Source of the DNA: a virus
Lineage: Duplodnaviria; Caudoviricetes
Length of the DNA stretch: 64,000 nucleotides
Virus record (IMG/VR): IMGVR_UViG_3300046170_000302
Strand: one strand, 5' to 3'
Position 1 is the stretch's first letter, and each line of letters starts with the position of its first letter. The notes beneath the pieces were generated by a model. That model ran no database searches. It was not told where the DNA came from and saw only the letters and a program-made list of their open reading frames with translations. Shown here piece by piece: positions 55,149 to 64,000 of this stretch. The position numbers were made by a program, and so were the translations under genes.

Positions 55149-56588
55149 ATGTTCCAATCCGAGCATCTGCAGGAAAAGTGGAGTCCCCTCCTCGATTATG
55201 AGGGTCTCGATCCTATTAAGGATTCACATCGTAGAAGTGTGACCGCTGTCCTGCTTGAGAACCAAGAAAAGTTCCTCAAAGAAGAGCAAGCATTTAGTCA
55301 GGGTATCAACCTGATGGAATCACCCACCAACTCAGCTAACGCTGCTGGTGCTTCAGGTGGTTTCTCTGGATCCGCAACCGCAGCTGGTCCTGTTGCTGGT
55401 TTCGATCCCGTTCTGATCTCTTTGATCAGACGCGCAATGCCTAACCTGGTCGCTTATGACCTGGCTGGCGTTCAACCTATGAATGGACCTACTGGACTCA
55501 TCTTCGCGATGAGATCCCGTTATGAGAATCAGGCTGGAGCTGAGGCTCTATTCGACGAAGCTAACACTGTATTCTCTGGACAAAACAAGAACGGAGCCCT
55601 TAACGCTGGTTGGGAAGACCAGGCTGTTGGTCTGGGAACCGGAACACAGAGAGGAGACAATCCTGGTGTTCTTAACCCCGTTGGTGCTGCTTCTACTAAC
55701 GTAGCTGCCTACACCACTGGTCCTGGTATGGCTACAGGCGACGCTGAGAACCTTGATGGTACCGGCAACGAAGCCTTCAACCAAATGGCTTTCTCGATCG
55801 AGAAAGTTACTGTTACCGCTAAGTCTAGAGCACTGAAGGCTGAGTACAGTCTGGAACTGGCTCAAGACCTTAAGGCTATCCACGGTCTTAACGCTGAAGC
55901 CGAACTGGCTAACATCCTTTCTACTGAAATCTTGGCCGAGATTAACCGTGAGGTTATCCGTACCATCTATATGACAGCAGAACAGGGTGCAGCTCAGAAC
56001 GTTGCTACTCAGGGTGTATTTGACCTGGACATCGACTCCAATGGTCGTTGGTCTGTTGAGAAGTTCAAAGGACTTCTTTTCCAAATCGAGCGTGACGCTA
56101 ACGCGATCGCACAAAGAACTCGTAGAGGGAAAGGCAACATGGTTCTGTGTTCCGCAGACGTTGCTTCCGCACTTACGATGGCTGGTATCCTGGATTACAC
56201 TCCAGCACTCAACGCTAACTTGAACGTTGATGACACCGGTAACACATTCGCTGGTACGATTAACGGTAAGTTCCGTGTATACATCGACCCCTATTCGGCC
56301 AACCTGACTTCGGGTAATGGTCCTAATGGTAACCAGTATTACGTTGTTGGATATAAGGGTTCTTCCCCTTATGACGCTGGACTGTTCTATTGTCCTTACG
56401 TTCCCCTTCAAATGGTTCGTGCTGTTGGAGAGAACTCCTTCCAGCCTAAAATTGGCTTCAAGACCCGTTATGGTCTGGTTGCTAACCCATTCGCCGAAGG
56501 TTCAGCAGCTGATGGTCAGGGTCTTGGTAGACTCCGTGTTAACTCCAACCGTTACTACAGACGTGTTGCTGTTAAGAACCTCATGTGA
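55149..56588 (+). CDS. gp23: Major capsid protein gp23
   Basis: LQEKWSPLL, LENQE, DPVLISLIRRAMPNLVAYDLAGVQPMNGPTGLIFAMRSRY, GLFYCPYVPLQM, FQPKIGFKTRYG. Confidence 0.98.
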   Translation: MFQSEHLQEKWSPLLDYEGLDPIKDSHRRSVTAVLLENQEKFLKEEQAFSQGINLMESPTNSANAAGASGGFSGSATAAGPVAGFDPVLISLIRRAMPNLVAYDLAGVQPMNGPTGLIFAMRSRYENQAGAEALFDEANTVFSGQNKNGALNAGWEDQAVGLGTGTQRGDNPGVLNPVGAASTNVAAYTTGPGMATGDAENLDGTGNEAFNQMAFSIEKVTVTAKSRALKAEYSLELAQDLKAIHGLNAEAELANILSTEILAEINREVIRTIYMTAEQGAAQNVATQGVFDLDIDSNGRWSVEKFKGLLFQIERDANAIAQRTRRGKGNMVLCSADVASALTMAGILDYTPALNANLNVDDTGNTFAGTINGKFRVYIDPYSANLTSGNGPNGNQYYVVGYKGSSPYDAGLFYCPYVPLQMVRAVGENSFQPKIGFKTRYGLVANPFAEGSAADGQGLGRLRVNSNRYYRRVAVKNLM

Positions 56589-56589
56589 T

Positions 56590-56676
56590 ATGAGTGGATG
56601 TTGTGGGGCTGGATGTCCCACTTGTCCTTTCAGACCCCCATCTCGGGGGTCTTTTTTTATGCCGTTTTATAAATAG
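56590..56676 (+). CDS. Candidate 28-aa Cys-rich micro-ORF
   Basis: MSGCCGAGCPTCPFRPPSRGSFFMPFYK*; ATG 1 nt after the gp23 TGA; CCGxGCxxCP motif. Confidence 0.45.
   Translation: MSGCCGAGCPTCPFRPPSRGSFFMPFYK
56632..56658 (+). terminator. Rho-independent terminator after gp23
   Basis: AGACCCCC-ATCTC-GGGGGTCT followed by TTTTTT. Confidence 0.9.
56668..56675 (+). promoter_or_regulatory. T4-type late promoter
   Basis: TATAAATA 19 nt before the ATG at 56695. Confidence 0.75.
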
Positions 56677-56694
56677 GTCACTTACATTACTACT

Positions 56695-57237
56695 ATGAAG
56701 AATAACCAATTAGGAAAGAAAATTGTAGTAGGTTTAGCCATATTTGTTGGAGTTGCTAATGTTGGTGCTATTATTGGACATAACTTGAGAACACCAATAC
56801 AACCAGCACAAATTAATTATCCACCAGTTGGAGATTACTCATCATATACTGTAACTGTAAATCCTGATGGAAGTTATAGTGTAGATTATAAAGGACACGA
56901 TCCTAAGGTATTGGACAATGAATCATATGTAGACACATCTAATGGTTTATTCGGTATTGGTGGTAGATCAACTACTACAAGAAATACTCAAGAAATAGCT
57001 GGAGGACAGAATAAGATGGGAAAGAACGATGCGAGGTCCGAAGAGTGTATCAAGGCGGAAGGTGGAGGAGAGTCAAACGGTGCTCTGGTGGGAGCTAGTT
57101 TAGGCACAGCTGCTACACCATTCTTAGTTGGTATTCCTTATGTCGGATGGCTCGCATCAGGTTGGGCTGTTATGTTGGGTCAAGATATGGGTTCATCAAT
57201 TGGTGGTTCAGTAGCATCTTCAATCAAAGGTTGTTGA
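56695..57237 (+). CDS. Membrane protein with an N-terminal TM helix and C-terminal glycine zipper
   Basis: KIVVGLAIFVGVANVGAIIG; GALVGASLG..GWLASGWAVMLGQDMGSSIGGSVAS. Confidence 0.75.
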   Translation: MKNNQLGKKIVVGLAIFVGVANVGAIIGHNLRTPIQPAQINYPPVGDYSSYTVTVNPDGSYSVDYKGHDPKVLDNESYVDTSNGLFGIGGRSTTTRNTQEIAGGQNKMGKNDARSEECIKAEGGGESNGALVGASLGTAATPFLVGIPYVGWLASGWAVMLGQDMGSSIGGSVASSIKGC

Positions 57238-57282
57238 TAAATAGTTAATAATAAAATTTGTGATACCATTTAGAGGAGTAAT

Positions 57283-57486
57283 ATGGCATTCCACATCTCA
57301 AGAAAATCACCAGTTGATAGTTCAAAAACTGTTTACTATGTCAGAAAGTCTGGTGGAAACCAACACTGGTCTGATGATTATAGTGAAAGAAAAACCTGGT
57401 CAACAAACACATCACCTACTAGCTTGATGAATAATCCTGATGGTAAGAATGGTGGTTGGACTGGCGCATCTATTGTAGAAGAATGA
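57283..57486 (+). CDS. Conserved small hypothetical protein
   Basis: GAGGAG Shine-Dalgarno; GATAAATA late promoter at 57236-57243. Confidence 0.7.
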   Translation: MAFHISRKSPVDSSKTVYYVRKSGGNQHWSDDYSERKTWSTNTSPTSLMNNPDGKNGGWTGASIVEE

Positions 57487-58064
57487 GTCAGTCAAGAGTC
57501 CCAGATGCAAGTTTTTCCAGACAAATAGAGAACAGAAATTTTCTGGCACCAACAGGATTTCAGTTCTCTGTCGTCAGGGCACCTAAAGTATCCTTTTTTG
57601 GATATCAAGTTAACGTGCCTAGTTTGGATCTGGGTGTCGCGATACAACCAACTTACCTGACGGATATTCCTCGCGCAGGTGAGAAAATTGACTTTGGTGA
57701 TCTCACACTCACATTTTTAGTTGATGAAGATCTTACAAACTACCTTGAGATTCAAAACTGGATGAGAGGTCTTGGTTTTCCAGAATCTCTTCAAGAGATA
57801 TACAGTTGGCAAAATGATAAAGCACCATCACGTTATCCATCAAACTATAAGAATGAAAATGGACTGAATCTTTATTCAGATGGAACACTCTCTATCTACA
57901 ACTCAGCTGATAACCCAAACTTTAAAGTTAAATTTGAAAATATATTCCCATACTCACTATCAACACTTCAGTTTGATGCTCAATCCACCGATGTTCAATA
58001 CTTGACAGCAACAGTCAATTTCAAGTATACTGTATATAACATAGAAGGTGTAATCTGTTGTTAG
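57483..58064 (+). CDS. gp3: Tail completion/sheath stabiliser protein gp3
   Basis: NRNFLAPTGFQF..NVPSLDLG..GEKIDFGDLTLTFLVDEDLTNYLEIQNWMRGLGFP; ATG at 57483. Confidence 0.88.
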   Translation: MSQSRVPDASFSRQIENRNFLAPTGFQFSVVRAPKVSFFGYQVNVPSLDLGVAIQPTYLTDIPRAGEKIDFGDLTLTFLVDEDLTNYLEIQNWMRGLGFPESLQEIYSWQNDKAPSRYPSNYKNENGLNLYSDGTLSIYNSADNPNFKVKFENIFPYSLSTLQFDAQSTDVQYLTATVNFKYTVYNIEGVICC

Positions 58065-58065
58065 T

Positions 58066-58500
58066 ATGATCGACCTTGAAACGCTTCAAGGAATGTGGAA
58101 TGAAGACTCTAAGATTGATCCAGATAATTTACACACTGAGTCTCTTAATATACCTGTTCTACATTCCAAATATTATGACATATATAATACTCTGATGTTA
58201 CTTCGAAAGAAGGCAGAACAACAGAGAAAAAACATTAGACACGAACGTTATGAGTACTTCTCTGGTAAAGCAGACCCGGAAGTTTACATTAATGACCCGT
58301 TTCCTAAGAAGATTAGAGATAAGGAAACTATGCAAAAGTATCTGGATGCAGATACAAAGCTCTCAGGAGTTTCGTTAAAGATTGAATACTACGAAGTAAT
58401 GTTGAGGTTCATAGAAGAGATCCTCAAACAGATAACGAACAGAACATATCAGATCAAGAACGCAATCGAATTCATGAGGTTTAGTTCAGGATTAGGCTAA
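58066..58500 (+). CDS. uvsY: Recombination mediator UvsY
   Basis: DSKIDPDNLHTES..IPVLHSKYY..RYEYFSGKA..ITNRTYQIKNAIEF. Confidence 0.92.
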   Translation: MIDLETLQGMWNEDSKIDPDNLHTESLNIPVLHSKYYDIYNTLMLLRKKAEQQRKNIRHERYEYFSGKADPEVYINDPFPKKIRDKETMQKYLDADTKLSGVSLKIEYYEVMLRFIEEILKQITNRTYQIKNAIEFMRFSSGLG

Positions 58501-58682
58501 TGGACCCAGACGGTTACTATCACATAGAATTACCCATAGAAGGTATTCGTCTCATTCACACAGGATTATCTCAAGCAATTGAGAGGTGGCCTGGTGGAGA
58601 TCCTCGCGAACAAGAAGGTCTCATTCAAATGAGAGACAACTTCTACAGAATTATTTTAGAACATAGGTTTGCAAACACCTGA
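58500..58682 (+). CDS. Hypothetical protein
   Basis: TAATG-coupled 60-aa ORF between uvsY and uvsW. Confidence 0.6.
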   Translation: MDPDGYYHIELPIEGIRLIHTGLSQAIERWPGGDPREQEGLIQMRDNFYRIILEHRFANT

Positions 58683-58710
58683 TAAATATGTATAGGTGAA
58701 ACCTATATGA

Positions 58711-60181
58711 ATGGCTCATTTGATAATCGAGAAGGTAAATGAAGTTTACCTCAAGATTGATACAGAACCACATGTTGAACATGAACTAAGAGACCGATTT
58801 ACCTTTGAGGTAGAAGGTGCAAAGTTCATGCCTCAATATCGAAGACGACACTGGAACGGAGAGATTCATTTGTTCGATATGAGAACAAAGAGAATCTATG
58901 TTGGTCTGCTTGATAAGATTGTAACCTTCTGTGAGCAATCAAGTTATACCTATGAGTTCAAAGATAATAAGTTTTATGGTTTACCTTTTGAAGTCAATGA
59001 TATGATTTCAAAGGAAGGTGTCAAAGATTATATGGCATCTATCACCGGTCCTGACATCAAAGCCAGAGACTATCAGATTGATGCTGTATATGATGCCCTA
59101 AGATATAACAGAAAACTTCTCATCTCACCAACTGCATCTGGTAAGTCATTCATGATTTACTCTGTAGTAAGATTTCATGTTGGTCTGAAGAGAAAGGTTC
59201 TACTTGTAGTTCCTACTACATCACTTGTAGAACAAATGTATAAGGACTTTGAGTCATATGGTTGGGATGCTCAGAACCATTGTCATAGAATCTATGCAGG
59301 TCGTGAGAGAGTGAATACCAATGAGGTTACTATCACCACTTGGCAATCTGTCTATCAATTAGATCGCGCCTTTTTTGAGGAGTATGATGTTGTGATTGGT
59401 GATGAGGCTCATCTCTTTCAAGAGTAAATCTCTTGTAGGTATTATGGACAAGTTACATCATGCCAAATATAGATATGGGTTCACAGGAACTTTAGATGGA
59501 ACACAGACCCATAAGTGGGTGTTAGAGGGATTGTTTGGACCATCATACAAAGTAACTGGAACTAAAAAACTTATTGATGAAGGACATCTAGCAACTCTGG
59601 ATATCCAGTGTATTGTTCTGAAGTATAAACCACAGAAGTTTGATGTGTTTGAGGATGAGATTCAGTTCTTGATTGGTCATCCTACAAGGAATAAGTTTAT
59701 TAGAAATCTAGCTCTAGACCTGAAGGGTAATACTCTCATTCTCTATGCAAGAGTAGAGGCTCATGGTGCTATTCTATATGAAGAGATAAATAAGAGAGTG
59801 AAAGAAGATAGGAAAGTCTTCTTTATTCATGGTGGTGTAGATGCTGAAGATAGAGAGGAAGTTAGGCGTATCACTGAAGAAGAGAGTGATGCCATCATTG
59901 TAGCTTCATATGGGACATTCAGTACCGGTATTAACATCAAAAACCTACATAATGTAATATTTGCCTCTCCATCAAAGAGTAGGATTAGAAACCTACAATC
60001 TATTGGTCGAGTCCTTCGTAAAGGCAAAGATAAGGTGAAAGCAAAACTATACGATATTGCTGACGATACCACATTGAATAGTCGTAAAAACTACACACTC
60101 AACCATTTCATTGAACGCGTTAAGATTTACAATCAAGAACAATTTAACTATGAAATATCAACAATCGATATCAAGGAGTAA
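58711..60181 (+). CDS. uvsW: UvsW DNA/RNA helicase; indel near 59418
   Basis: RDYQIDAV, SPTASGKS (motif I), VIGDEAH (motif II), GFTGTL, SYGTFSTGINIK, LQSIGRVLRK; GATAAATA at 58681. Confidence 0.95.
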
Positions 60182-60184
60182 TCT

Positions 60185-60571
60185 ATGGAAGAAGAATTCT
60201 ATGCATCAATCAAACTAAAACACACAGGAGAAGAAATCTTTACTAAGGTATGTGCAAGTGAAGAAGAAGATAGAACAATGTTAGTTCTGTCAAATCCAAT
60301 CATAGTAGAAGAAATTAAGTTCAGAGGGAAACCTGCTGGATACAAGATGGAACCCTGGATGAAAACAACCACTCAGGATATGTTTGTTATTAACTTATCT
60401 GATGTATTAACTATGTCTGAATCTTGTGATATAGAAATGATTATGTACTATGAGGATTATATCTCTAAGGTTGATAAACCTAATCACTCAGAGTTGAATA
60501 GAAAGATGGGTTACTTAGGGACCGTAGAGGAAACTAAGAAGAACTTAGAGAAGCTCTTTAAAGCTAGCTAA
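60185..60571 (+). CDS. Conserved cyanophage hypothetical protein upstream of gp55
   Basis: FYASIKLKHTGEEIF..LSNPII..GYKMEPWMK; AAGGAG upstream. Confidence 0.75.
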   Translation: MEEEFYASIKLKHTGEEIFTKVCASEEEDRTMLVLSNPIIVEEIKFRGKPAGYKMEPWMKTTTQDMFVINLSDVLTMSESCDIEMIMYYEDYISKVDKPNHSELNRKMGYLGTVEETKKNLEKLFKAS

Positions 60572-60619
60572 GCCCAACCTTTATGGTTAACAAACCTATT
60601 GTAGTGAAATCTCATGAGT

Positions 60620-60648
60620 TTGTTAAGTCCAGTATTTTCAGGTATAAT
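60620..60648 (+). promoter_or_regulatory. sigma70-type promoter for gp55
   Basis: TTGTTA (60620-60625), 17-nt spacer, TATAAT (60643-60648). Confidence 0.55.
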
Positions 60649-60669
60649 ACTTGAAGATATTTCAATATT

Positions 60670-61173
60670 ATGACTACCGCCCATGCTTATGGAACAATGA
60701 GAAGAAAAGCAAAGCCCGAACACTACGTTAATAACAAAGAGTTCCTAGAGGCACTTGAGAACTACTTCGCAGAGATTGAACGAGCTAAGCTGAATGATAA
60801 GCCAAAGCCTCAGATTCCTCGTTACATCGGTGAGTGTTTCTTGAAGATTGCTAATCATCTCTCCTATAAGCCCAACTTTGTGAACTATATGTTCAAGGAT
60901 GATATGATCTGTGATGGTATTGAGAACTGTGTTCGATACATCCACAACTTTAGTCCTGAGAAGTCAAAGAATCCTTTTGCTTATTTCACTCAGATTATCT
61001 ACTTTGCTTTCCTCCGTCGTATCTCCATGGAGAAGAAGCAACTAGAGATTAAGAATAAGATTCTTGAGAAGTCAAACTTTGATGAAGTGTTTGATTCCAA
61101 TGACCTTGACAGTGACAACTATTCAGAATATAATAGCATTAAGGACAGTGTTCACTCTAAGCTAAGAAACTGA
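60670..61173 (+). CDS. gp55: Late transcription sigma factor gp55
   Basis: HYVNNKEFL..YIGECFLKIANHLSYKPNFVNY..DGIENC..NPFAYFTQIIYFAFLRRI. Confidence 0.96.
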   Translation: MTTAHAYGTMRRKAKPEHYVNNKEFLEALENYFAEIERAKLNDKPKPQIPRYIGECFLKIANHLSYKPNFVNYMFKDDMICDGIENCVRYIHNFSPEKSKNPFAYFTQIIYFAFLRRISMEKKQLEIKNKILEKSNFDEVFDSNDLDSDNYSEYNSIKDSVHSKLRN

Positions 61174-62216
61174 TGAGTAAGGTTGCTATCATTACAGACA
61201 CTCACTACGGAGCACGTAAAGGGTCTAAATTATTTCATGATTATTTTGAGAAGTTCTATAATGATATCTTCTTTCCTAGTCTAGATGAACATGGCATTGA
61301 TACTGTCATTCATATGGGTGACGCTTTCGATAGTCGAAAGGGTATTGATTTCAAAGCACTAGATTGGGCAAAACGAGTAGTATTCGAACCTCTCAAACAG
61401 AGAGGTATTACTATGCACCTTATGGTTGGTAACCATGATGCATACTATAAGAATACTAATAGTATCAATGCTGTTGAACTCCTACTACAGGAGTATGATA
61501 ATGTAATCACATACTCCAAAGCCCAAGAAGTTGAAATTGGTGGATTGGGTGTCCTGTTTATTCCTTGGATTAATGATGAAAATTCTGAAGATACTTTCAA
61601 GCTTATTAAAGATAGCAGTGTGCGATGCGCGATGGGGCATCTCGAACTCACGGGATTTAGAGCTCATCGTGGGTGCATCATGGAAAACGGTCTTGACAGC
61701 CAACTATTTGAGAACTACGAAGTGGTCTTCTCTGGACACTACCACACTCGATCATCCGATGGGAAGATCTTCTATCTGGGAAATCCCTACGAGATGTTCT
61801 GGAACGATGTCAACGACACAAGAGGATTCCACCTCTTCGACACAGAAACCCTAGAACATACTCCTATTGATAATCCCTATCAGTTGTTCCACAACTTATA
61901 CTATGAGGATACGGATCATCAGATGTTTGATGTGACATCTTATGAGAATAAGATTGTAAAAGTGATTGTGAAGAAGAAGACTGATAGTAAAAAGTTTGAG
62001 AAGTATATTGACAAACTTTACTCTGTTGGTGTAGCAGATTTGAAGATTGTTGAGAACTTTCAACTCACCGAGTCTGAGGACTTTGAGGTTGAGGAGTCAG
62101 AAGATACCCTCTCTATTCTTGATAGATATATTGGAGAATCAGAAACAGACCTGAGTAAAGAACGTATTCAGAATGTTATGAGATCAATCTATCAGGAAGC
62201 ATGTGAAACCGTCTAA
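61173..62216 (+). CDS. gp47: Recombination endonuclease subunit gp47 (Mre11/SbcD-like)
   Basis: IITDTHYG, HMGDAFDSR, VGNHD, GHLEL and FSGHYH phosphoesterase motifs. Confidence 0.96.
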   Translation: MSKVAIITDTHYGARKGSKLFHDYFEKFYNDIFFPSLDEHGIDTVIHMGDAFDSRKGIDFKALDWAKRVVFEPLKQRGITMHLMVGNHDAYYKNTNSINAVELLLQEYDNVITYSKAQEVEIGGLGVLFIPWINDENSEDTFKLIKDSSVRCAMGHLELTGFRAHRGCIMENGLDSQLFENYEVVFSGHYHTRSSDGKIFYLGNPYEMFWNDVNDTRGFHLFDTETLEHTPIDNPYQLFHNLYYEDTDHQMFDVTSYENKIVKVIVKKKTDSKKFEKYIDKLYSVGVADLKIVENFQLTESEDFEVEESEDTLSILDRYIGESETDLSKERIQNVMRSIYQEACETV

Positions 62217-62488
62217 TGTTTATTATTGCAGTTGAAGGTAAAGAAAAAGAAGGAGCATACTCAGTCATTGATGAGGATGGAGAACAAGTTCTCTACATCT
62301 TTGCTGATGGTGATGATGCAACCAGATACTGTATGCAACTTGAAGAACTGGACTATCCTAAGATGAAAGTTTTAGAGATAGATGATAAACTTATGATCAA
62401 AACCTGTGAACTGCATGAACACAGGTATACCATCATTACACCTAATGATATTGTGATTCCCCCCGACAACGCAGATGATTATCTTTGA
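62216..62488 (+). CDS. Conserved cyanophage hypothetical protein between gp47 and gp46
   Basis: EGAYSV..LYIF...DDA.RY..QLE..IITPNDIVIPP. Confidence 0.75.
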   Translation: MFIIAVEGKEKEGAYSVIDEDGEQVLYIFADGDDATRYCMQLEELDYPKMKVLEIDDKLMIKTCELHEHRYTIITPNDIVIPPDNADDYL

Positions 62489-64000
62489 GAAGGTTCGCTG
62501 GAAAAACTTTTTAAGTACAGGCAATCAATTCACTGAAATACAATTGAATGAGAGTCAATCCACAATGATTGTGGGTACAAATGGTGCTGGCAAATCCACG
62601 ATCCTGGATGCTCTATGTTTCTCTCTATATGGTAAGTCGTTTAGGAAGATCAAGAAGGATCAACTAATCAATACTACCAACGAGAAAGGTGCGGTAGTTG
62701 AGATTGAGTTCAATGTCAATAAAGTTGATTGGAAGATTGAAAGGGGAATTAAACCAAACACATTCAAGATCTGGCGTAATGGTGAAGAACTAGATCAGAA
62801 AGCATCTGCCATCGACCAACAGAAGTGGTTGGAACAGAACGTGTTGAAGATGAACTATAAGAGTTTCACACAGATCGTGATTCTAGGTAGTAGTTCATTT
62901 GTACCATTTATGCAACTCCCTGCTACCAGTAGGAGAGAAGTTGTAGAAGATTTGTTGGATATTAAGATCTTCTCTTCTATGAATGTGTTGATTAAAGATA
63001 AGATTCGTAGTCTGAAAGAAGGTATTAGAACTCTAGAACTAAAGAAAGAGTCACTTAATGATAAGGTTCGAATGCAAAAGAACTTTATTGATGAGCTAGA
63101 AACTCGTAGTCAAGATGATATTAAACAGAAAGAGTTTAAGATTGGGGAACTTCTAAATGAAGAGAATAGTTATATGGGTAGTAATGAGAACCTGAACCGG
63201 GAACTTGTTACACTACAGGATGAACTCAAAGATTACTCTGACACTGGTAAGAAACTTCGTGAGTTTGGTAACATCAAAGGTAAACTATCTCAACGTATCT
63301 CTACATTAGTTAAAGACCATAAATTTTTTAACGATAATACGGTTTGTCCCACCTGTGATCAGGACATTGAAGATTCGTTTAGGTTAAATAGAATTGAACG
63401 CTCTCAAACTAAAGCAAAAGAGTTGCAGAAGGGTTATGAAGAACTCTTAGTGGCAATTAAAGATGAAGAGAATAGAGAGTCTCACTTCAAGTCCTTATCA
63501 GGAGAAATCAGTAAAGTACTTAATGGCATTACTTCTAACAACTCTCAGATCACTAGTTGTCAACGGCAGGTTAAATCGATTGAATCAGAAATTCAAACAC
63601 TTACCAAACAACTTGAAGACCGAAATACTGAGCACGAAAAGCTCGAACAGTTTAGAGAAACACTCCAAACAACTTATGAAGAGTTAGCTGTTAAGAGAGA
63701 AGATATCTCCTACTATGACTTTACATATAACCTCCTGAAGGACGGTGGTGTAAAGACAAAGATTATCAAGAAGTATCTTCCACTGATTAACCAACAGGTG
63801 AATAAGTATCTCCAGAAGATGGAGTTCTACATTAACTTCACTTTGGATGAAGAATTTAACGAGACAGTACAGTCTCCCATTCATGAAGACTTTTCTTATT
63901 CTTCTTTCTCAGAAGGTGAGAAGATGAGGATTGACCTTGCTCTTCTGTTCACATGGAGAGAGGTTGCAAGGTATAAGAACTCAGTAAATACCAACCTCTT
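62475..64000 (+). CDS. gp46: Recombination endonuclease subunit gp46 (Rad50/SbcC-like ATPase), runs off the window
   Basis: MIIFEKVRWKNFLSTGN, Walker A GTNGAGKST, zinc hook CPTC, signature FSEGEKMRIDLALL. Missing from the ORF track because there is no stop in the window. Confidence 0.95.
   Translation, partial: MIIFEKVRWKNFLSTGNQFTEIQLNESQSTMIVGTNGAGKSTILDALCFSLYGKSFRKIKKDQLINTTNEKGAVVEIEFNVNKVDWKIERGIKPNTFKIWRNGEELDQKASAIDQQKWLEQNVLKMNYKSFTQIVILGSSSFVPFMQLPATSRREVVEDLLDIKIFSSMNVLIKDKIRSLKEGIRTLELKKESLNDKVRMQKNFIDELETRSQDDIKQKEFKIGELLNEENSYMGSNENLNRELVTLQDELKDYSDTGKKLREFGNIKGKLSQRISTLVKDHKFFNDNTVCPTCDQDIEDSFRLNRIERSQTKAKELQKGYEELLVAIKDEENRESHFKSLSGEISKVLNGITSNNSQITSCQRQVKSIESEIQTLTKQLEDRNTEHEKLEQFRETLQTTYEELAVKREDISYYDFTYNLLKDGGVKTKIIKKYLPLINQQVNKYLQKMEFYINFTLDEEFNETVQSPIHEDFSYSSFSEGEKMRIDLALLFTWREVARYKNSVNTNL

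Noticed and set aside
10719-60181. Programmed frameshifting or pseudogenisation of structural and replication genes
   Set aside because: Breaks are scattered, go in both directions, lack consistent slippery sites and hit many essential genes at once; sequencing error is far more parsimonious.
2572-61703. Minus-strand and alternative-frame ORFs in the track (e.g. 2572-2919, 5647-5868, 6368-6721, 30734-31171, 54195-54647, 55548-56411)
   Set aside because: They shadow well-supported + strand genes or regulatory DNA, and show no recognisable motifs or RBS.
46237-64000. Introns, inteins or homing endonucleases in gp17, gp18, gp20, gp23, uvsW, gp47 or gp46
   Set aside because: Proteins are of expected length with contiguous motifs; no intein or LAGLIDADG/GIY-YIG/HNH signatures seen.
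1-64000. Photosynthesis or carbon AMGs (psbA, hli, petE, talC, cp12, zwf, gnd) and rRNA genes
   Set aside because: No matching motifs in this window; the cyanophage assignment rests on gene content, order and conserved hypothetical proteins.

Overview
This is a 64-kb segment of a lytic T4-like cyanomyovirus, with all real genes on the + strand. Gene order and the giant gp7/VrlC-like baseplate genes resemble P-SSM2/S-SM2-type cyanophages (inference). Bases 1-6.6 kb hold the 3' end of a Dam methylase, then about 20 small hypothetical ORFs organised into units by ten copies of a 32-bp non-canonical motif (TTACTCACCWCTAAANTGCNCCA-N4-TRTAA). Bases 6.6-10.3 kb hold structured non-coding DNA, a CAU-anticodon tRNA (probably Ile2), a second Dam-family methylase, a GT-A glycosyltransferase-like gene and small conserved ORFs. 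Bases 10.3-58 kb are the late virion module: gp25, gp6, gp7, gp8, VrlC-like, gp13-gp16, a g16-g17 insert of fibre-like and modular proteins, gp17-gp23 and gp3, with NATAAATA late promoters. Bases 58-64 kb hold uvsY, uvsW, gp55, gp47 and gp46 (partial). Many essential genes are broken by single-base indels, most simply explained as long-read consensus errors, so several entries in the ORF track are fragments of one gene. The most interesting leads are: the repeat-delimited early cassette array, including one ORF-less cassette that may encode an sRNA; a late modular protein punctuated by T4 gp21-type (L/I)-x-E sites, containing a cationic amphipathic module between perfect 28-bp direct repeats; and an unannotated 28-aa Cys-rich micro-ORF that runs across the gp23 terminator.
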